From: Candidatus Babeliales bacterium
Lineage (GTDB): Bacteria; Babelota; Babeliae; Babelales; Vermiphilaceae
Direction: 5' to 3'
Assembly (NCBI GenBank): GCA_963743635.1
Contig: CAVUQO010000002.1
Location: 128,001-192,000 of the forward strand
DNA length: 64,000 bases
Shown piece by piece: positions 60,281 through 64,000 of this stretch (its first letter is position 1; every line of letters starts with the position of its first letter). The notes beneath the pieces were generated by a model that saw only the letters and a list, made by a program, of their open reading frames with translations, made no database searches and was not told the DNA's origin. The translations under genes were made by a program, and so were the position numbers.

Positions 60281-61174
60281 CTAAAAACTAATATTCCATG
60301 ATGCCCAGACGGTAATGATATATTTATTGCCGTACGCTTTAGGGCGGTGATCACGGCCGTATGCAACGTTGAGTAAGAATCGATTTGGCAGATCGCGAAT
60401 GAGGAATTTATATTTATACACTGCATAGATGTTACTGCGAATATAGTCGGTTTTTTCGACTGTATCATCAAGTGTTGGATAAATGGCAGCGCCAAATTGA
60501 ATGCGTGAAGTATAACCAAATTCGGCTCCATGTTTCGGCCAGCTATGTTTGTAGGCTATGAGCACATCTTCTACATTGCCAATCGTAAAAAGATAGCGAG
60601 TGCCGCTACTATCACGCGCATGTCGTTCAAAAAAACGAATGTAGCGCGCGCCGCCCAAGAATGCGCCATTGCGGCCAATAGGATATGAGCCATCAAGTTG
60701 AATGCCCGCGCCAAATTGGCCGTAACCAACTGAGGGATGTTGAAGTGTCAATATCTGATGGGTTGGGATCCCCAATAATCCTGATATAGTCAGTACCTTG
60801 TGATATCCAAATACGAAATTGCGGCCTAAAGTAAAAAGAAGGTCGTCTACTTCAGTGCCGGTGAACGTGGTTGTACGCTGATCTTTTGCATGGATATGTG
60901 ATACTGCAAAATCAGCACGCACGTAATATGGTTTAAAATTGTAGATGAACGAAGCTAACCCACCGGCGTAGTTCCGGCTCATATCATCATATGTTTTGTT
61001 ATATTGATCAACTATGAGGGCAATCGCGCTATATTTATGATAATCCTCTTCATCCATGATGGGCTGTTTAGTAATCTGCGCAATGCGGAAGTTGTAAACG
61101 ATCGATATTGCATTGATGGTTGTGTGCGAAAGTATGCAAAGGAGTAAGAGGTATTTTTGCATGGTATGGTTCAT
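60281..61174 (-). CDS. Exported probable beta-barrel protein, paralog 1
   Basis: Signal peptide, amphipathic strands, C-terminal VWASWNISF. Confidence 0.7.
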   Translation of the reverse strand: MNHTMQKYLLLLCILSHTTINAISIVYNFRIAQITKQPIMDEEDYHKYSAIALIVDQYNKTYDDMSRNYAGGLASFIYNFKPYYVRADFAVSHIHAKDQRTTTFTGTEVDDLLFTLGRNFVFGYHKVLTISGLLGIPTHQILTLQHPSVGYGQFGAGIQLDGSYPIGRNGAFLGGARYIRFFERHARDSSGTRYLFTIGNVEDVLIAYKHSWPKHGAEFGYTSRIQFGAAIYPTLDDTVEKTDYIRSNIYAVYKYKFLIRDLPNRFLLNVAYGRDHRPKAYGNKYIITVWASWNISF

Positions 61175-61294
61175 TACTATGTTCCTCACCTATTTAATTG
61201 TTATGGTGTGTAGGATATAGAGTAACCATACTATAAAAATGAAGGGATTAAACCATGGAAAATCAAGAAATAGCGGAGACCGCGTTAGCGCAAG

Positions 61295-61489
61295 ATCCTT
61301 CGCCACGTTCTTCCTGCTCATTGCATTCGCCCTCAGAACACTCAGGACGAGCGGGAAATAGGTTTTATTCTTTAGTCTAAATGACAATCTCGTGCTATGG
61401 GGTATAAATAAATAAGAGAATTTTCATTCTCCGCTCGTCCTGAGTGTTTTTCATATCATGCAAGCATGATGAAAAATGTGGCGAAGGAT
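61295..61489. repeat. Inverted pair of REP-like elements related to those at 10.8-11.0 kb
   Basis: ATCCTTCGCCACGTT..AACACTCAGGACGAGCGG and CCGCTCGTCCTGAGTGTTTTTCAT..ATGAAAAATGTGGCGAAGGAT. Confidence 0.75.
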
Positions 61490-61599
61490 GCGGAGTAAAG
61501 TGATGCGCGATTTCTCACATAAAAATTTAATTTTCCAACACATAGAGCGAGCTTGCTGTGTTTGACAAGAAATCCAAATGAGGCCGCAATAATTTCACT

Positions 61600-61704
61600 A
61601 TGACACCAAATCAACTCCAATTTTTCAAAGCGTTGTCAACTTCTTGGCAAGAACCATTGCGATCCGTTTGCAGCAGCCCAGAGGTAGAGCATACAGGGGC
61701 TTGA
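61600..61704 (+). pseudogene. ung: Truncated 5' copy of ung (28 homologous codons)
   Basis: MTPNQLQFFKALSTSWQEPLRSVCSSPE matches the ung N-terminus, then runs into the duplication junction and stops. Confidence 0.8.
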
Positions 61705-61771
61705 ATTGCAATATTTTTACAAAACGGTATTTAATATCGTAAGCGTGGAAGGATGCTGCAAGATCGGAAGT

Positions 61772-62662
61772 CTAAAAATTGATAATCCATGATGCCCAAA
61801 CGGAAATGATATATTGATTGCCATACGCTTTAGGACGGTGGTCATGACTATATGCCATGGTGACTAAGAATCGATTTCGCAGATCGTGAATGCAGGATGT
61901 ATATTTATATACGGCATACAAGCTGCTGCGAGTGTAGTTTGTTCTTTCTACCGTATCATCAAGCGCTGGGTAAATAGCAGCGCCAAAGTCAACGCGTGGA
62001 TTATAACCTACTTCAATGCCATTTTTTAGCCAATCGTATTTATAGGCCACTAGCGCATCTTGTATGTTTCCAATCGTAAAGAGGTATCGTGCGCCTGTAC
62101 TATCTTGTGCGGATCGCTCAAAAAAACGTATATATCGTACACCACCTGTCAATGCTCCATGTTGGCCAATAGGATATGATGCATCAAGTTGGATGCCTGC
62201 GCCAAATTGGCCGTATCCAAGTGCCGGATGTTGCAGACTATATATTTGGTGCGTTGGAACGCTGAATAATCCTGTTATGGTGAGGTCCTTGTCCTCTCCA
62301 AATGTAAAAGTGCGGCCTGCATTAAAAAGAATGTCGTCCGTTTCGGTACCGGTGAATGTCGTTGCATATTGATCTTTTGCGTGGATGTGTGCTACGGCAA
62401 AATCAGCGCGAACATAATAAGGACTGAAATTGTAGGCGAAGGCAGCAAATCCGCCAGCATAGTTTTGACGCCTATCATCATAGGTTTTATAATACTGATC
62501 GATGAATAATGCGACTGCCATATATTTACGATTCTCATCCTCTTGCAGGATTGACTGCTCGGTAATTTCAGTAATGCGATAGATATAGACGATTGAGGTC
62601 GCAGATAGGTTTGCATGCGAAAGTATGCAAAGGAGTAGGAGATATTTTTGGTTATGGTTCAT
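61772..62662 (-). CDS. Exported probable beta-barrel protein, paralog 2
   Basis: Colinear with 60281-61174; C-terminal VWASWIINF. Confidence 0.7.
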   Translation of the reverse strand: MNHNQKYLLLLCILSHANLSATSIVYIYRITEITEQSILQEDENRKYMAVALFIDQYYKTYDDRRQNYAGGFAAFAYNFSPYYVRADFAVAHIHAKDQYATTFTGTETDDILFNAGRTFTFGEDKDLTITGLFSVPTHQIYSLQHPALGYGQFGAGIQLDASYPIGQHGALTGGVRYIRFFERSAQDSTGARYLFTIGNIQDALVAYKYDWLKNGIEVGYNPRVDFGAAIYPALDDTVERTNYTRSSLYAVYKYTSCIHDLRNRFLVTMAYSHDHRPKAYGNQYIISVWASWIINF

Positions 62663-62962
62663 TATTATGTTCCTCGCCTATTTAATTGTTATGGTGTTAT
62701 ATAGAGTAACATACTATAAAAATGAAGGGATTGAACCATGGAAACACAAAAAAAATGGAGAATGCGTTAGCGCAGGATCCCTCGCCAGTTCTTCCTGCTC
62801 ATTGCATTCGCCTTCAGAACACTCAGGATGACCGGGGCGAAGACGGAAGGATGCGGAGTAAAGTGATGCGCGATTTCTCACATAAAAATTTAATTTTCCA
62901 ACACATAGAGCGAGCTTGCCGAGTTTGACAAGAAATCCAAATGAGGCCACAATAATTTCACT

Positions 62963-63667
62963 ATGACACCAAATCAACTCCAATTTTTCAAAGCATTGCC
63001 AGCTTCTTGGCAAGAACCATTGCGATCCGTTTGCAGCAGGCCAGAGATCGATGCGCTTGTGCAGTTTCTGCAAGAACGTGAAGCGGCTGGTGCGGTTATT
63101 TATCCGGAAAAAAATAATATATTTGCCGCATTGCGTGCAACGCCCTTTGATAAGGTGAGCGTCGTCATCGTTGGGCAAGATCCCTATCACGGCCCGGGGC
63201 AAGCGCATGGATTGAGTTTTAGCGTGCCAGCCGGAGTTCCGCAGCCTCCATCGCTCAAAAATATTTTCAAAGAACTGCATGCTGATCTTGGTATACCTAT
63301 ACCGCATACGGGCAATCTTATGCATTGGGCGAAGCAGGGCGTTCTACTGCTTAATGCGATGTTGACCGTTGAAGAAGGAAAACCAGCGGCACATGCCAAT
63401 AAAGGTTGGGAGATCTTTACCGATGCAATCATTGAGCAGATCATCAAGCGCAAGCATCCGACCGTTTTCATGTTATGGGGCGCATATGCGCAAAGAAAAG
63501 TAGAGCACTTGCATATGCATCTCGATCCTGAAAAACATCTTATCTTAAAAGCAGCTCATCCATCGCCGCTCTCGGCATACAATGGTTTTTTGGGATGCCG
63601 CCATTTTTCAAAGGCAAATGCATTTCTAAAAAAACATCATCTGCCCGAGATCGATTGGTCGCTTTAA
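62963..63667 (+). CDS. ung: Uracil-DNA glycosylase (family 1)
   Basis: GQDPYHG, AHGLSFS, PPSLKNI, GVLLLN, HPSPLS. Confidence 0.97.
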   Translation: MTPNQLQFFKALPASWQEPLRSVCSRPEIDALVQFLQEREAAGAVIYPEKNNIFAALRATPFDKVSVVIVGQDPYHGPGQAHGLSFSVPAGVPQPPSLKNIFKELHADLGIPIPHTGNLMHWAKQGVLLLNAMLTVEEGKPAAHANKGWEIFTDAIIEQIIKRKHPTVFMLWGAYAQRKVEHLHMHLDPEKHLILKAAHPSPLSAYNGFLGCRHFSKANAFLKKHHLPEIDWSL

Positions 63668-63702
63668 ATCTACATAATTTCGCGATCAAAATGATGTTTC
63701 AT

Positions 63703-64000
63703 CTAACCGCCAAAAGTAAATGCATATAATGAGACACCTTCGGGAACGCGCAGTGTTAACGTATGGCGTCCATCAATATTCTTAAGATCGAGAATTTCAT
63801 ACATGCGCGATTCTTTAACCATGACCTCACCGCGATCATTCATATCGCGCGTGTGGTAGTCTGAAGAGAGTGGTTGATCATCTAAAAGAACAGTGATGGC
63901 GCTTGATTGTTTCGAGCACACGACGAGATACACATGTCGGGCTTTAAAGTTTAAGGTCAGTGTTGATGTACTGTTTTCTGATGTAATGCATTCAGAGGTA
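63703..64000 (-). CDS. C-terminal end of a DipZ-like thioredoxin/cytochrome c biogenesis protein (5' part outside window)
   Basis: LNFKARHVYLV...LDD...RMYEI...HTLTL..GVSLYAFTFG, typical DipZ C-terminal domain. Confidence 0.65.
   Translation of the reverse strand, partial: TSECITSENSTSTLTLNFKARHVYLVVCSKQSSAITVLLDDQPLSSDYHTRDMNDRGEVMVKESRMYEILDLKNIDGRHTLTLRVPEGVSLYAFTFGG

Larger units (their letters stand above)
60192..63046. repeat. Tandem duplication (units 60192-61683 and 61684-63046)
   Basis: Both units start GTAGAGCATACAG..TTGAATTGCAATATTTTTACAAAACGGTATTTAATATCGTA and end within the first 28 codons of ung. Confidence 0.85.

Noticed and set aside
62714..63325. 203-aa minus-strand ORF
   Set aside because: Antisense shadow of ung plus repeat sequence; no motifs.

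Overview
Bacterial chromosomal window, AT-rich. Many signal-peptide-bearing repeat proteins and eukaryote-like motifs suggest a protist-associated intracellular bacterium such as Ca. Babelota/Dependentiae (TM6); this is an inference, not a marker-gene call. Left part (1-19 kb): housekeeping genes (uvrB 3' end, two tandem M3 oligopeptidases, recO-like, large MscS/MscK, GerMN + degenerate amidase, recD2, a partial and frameshifted atpE-F'-F-H-A cluster). 19-33 kb: exported repeat proteins, including a WD40 protein with BC-box-like and CaaX motifs, three tandem cysteine-rich YVTN beta-propeller/FN3 paralogs with 7, 7 and 14 blades, and a Sel1 protein, followed by fpg-like, phnA-like and Bro-N genes. 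34,332-52,142: a ~17.8 kb integrative element bounded by a 10-bp direct repeat (TGGTGTGCCC) that is the 3' end of tRNA-Arg(TCT). It encodes a large serine recombinase, a small RHH protein, SpoVG-like protein, DUF5906-type helicase, Zn-finger/TOPRIM primase, a mirror-symmetric iteron array and a cargo of mostly exported enzymes. The att core lies in frame inside the recombinase gene, so excision would swap its C-terminus from a tRNA-antisense tail to a 28-aa tail ending -LMSAA (ssrA/ClpXP-degron-like). Right part: His phosphatase, porin-like protein, a fourth propeller protein, YadA-head/S74 fibre, a tandem duplication of a beta-barrel gene with a ung stub, ung and a DipZ-like 3' end.
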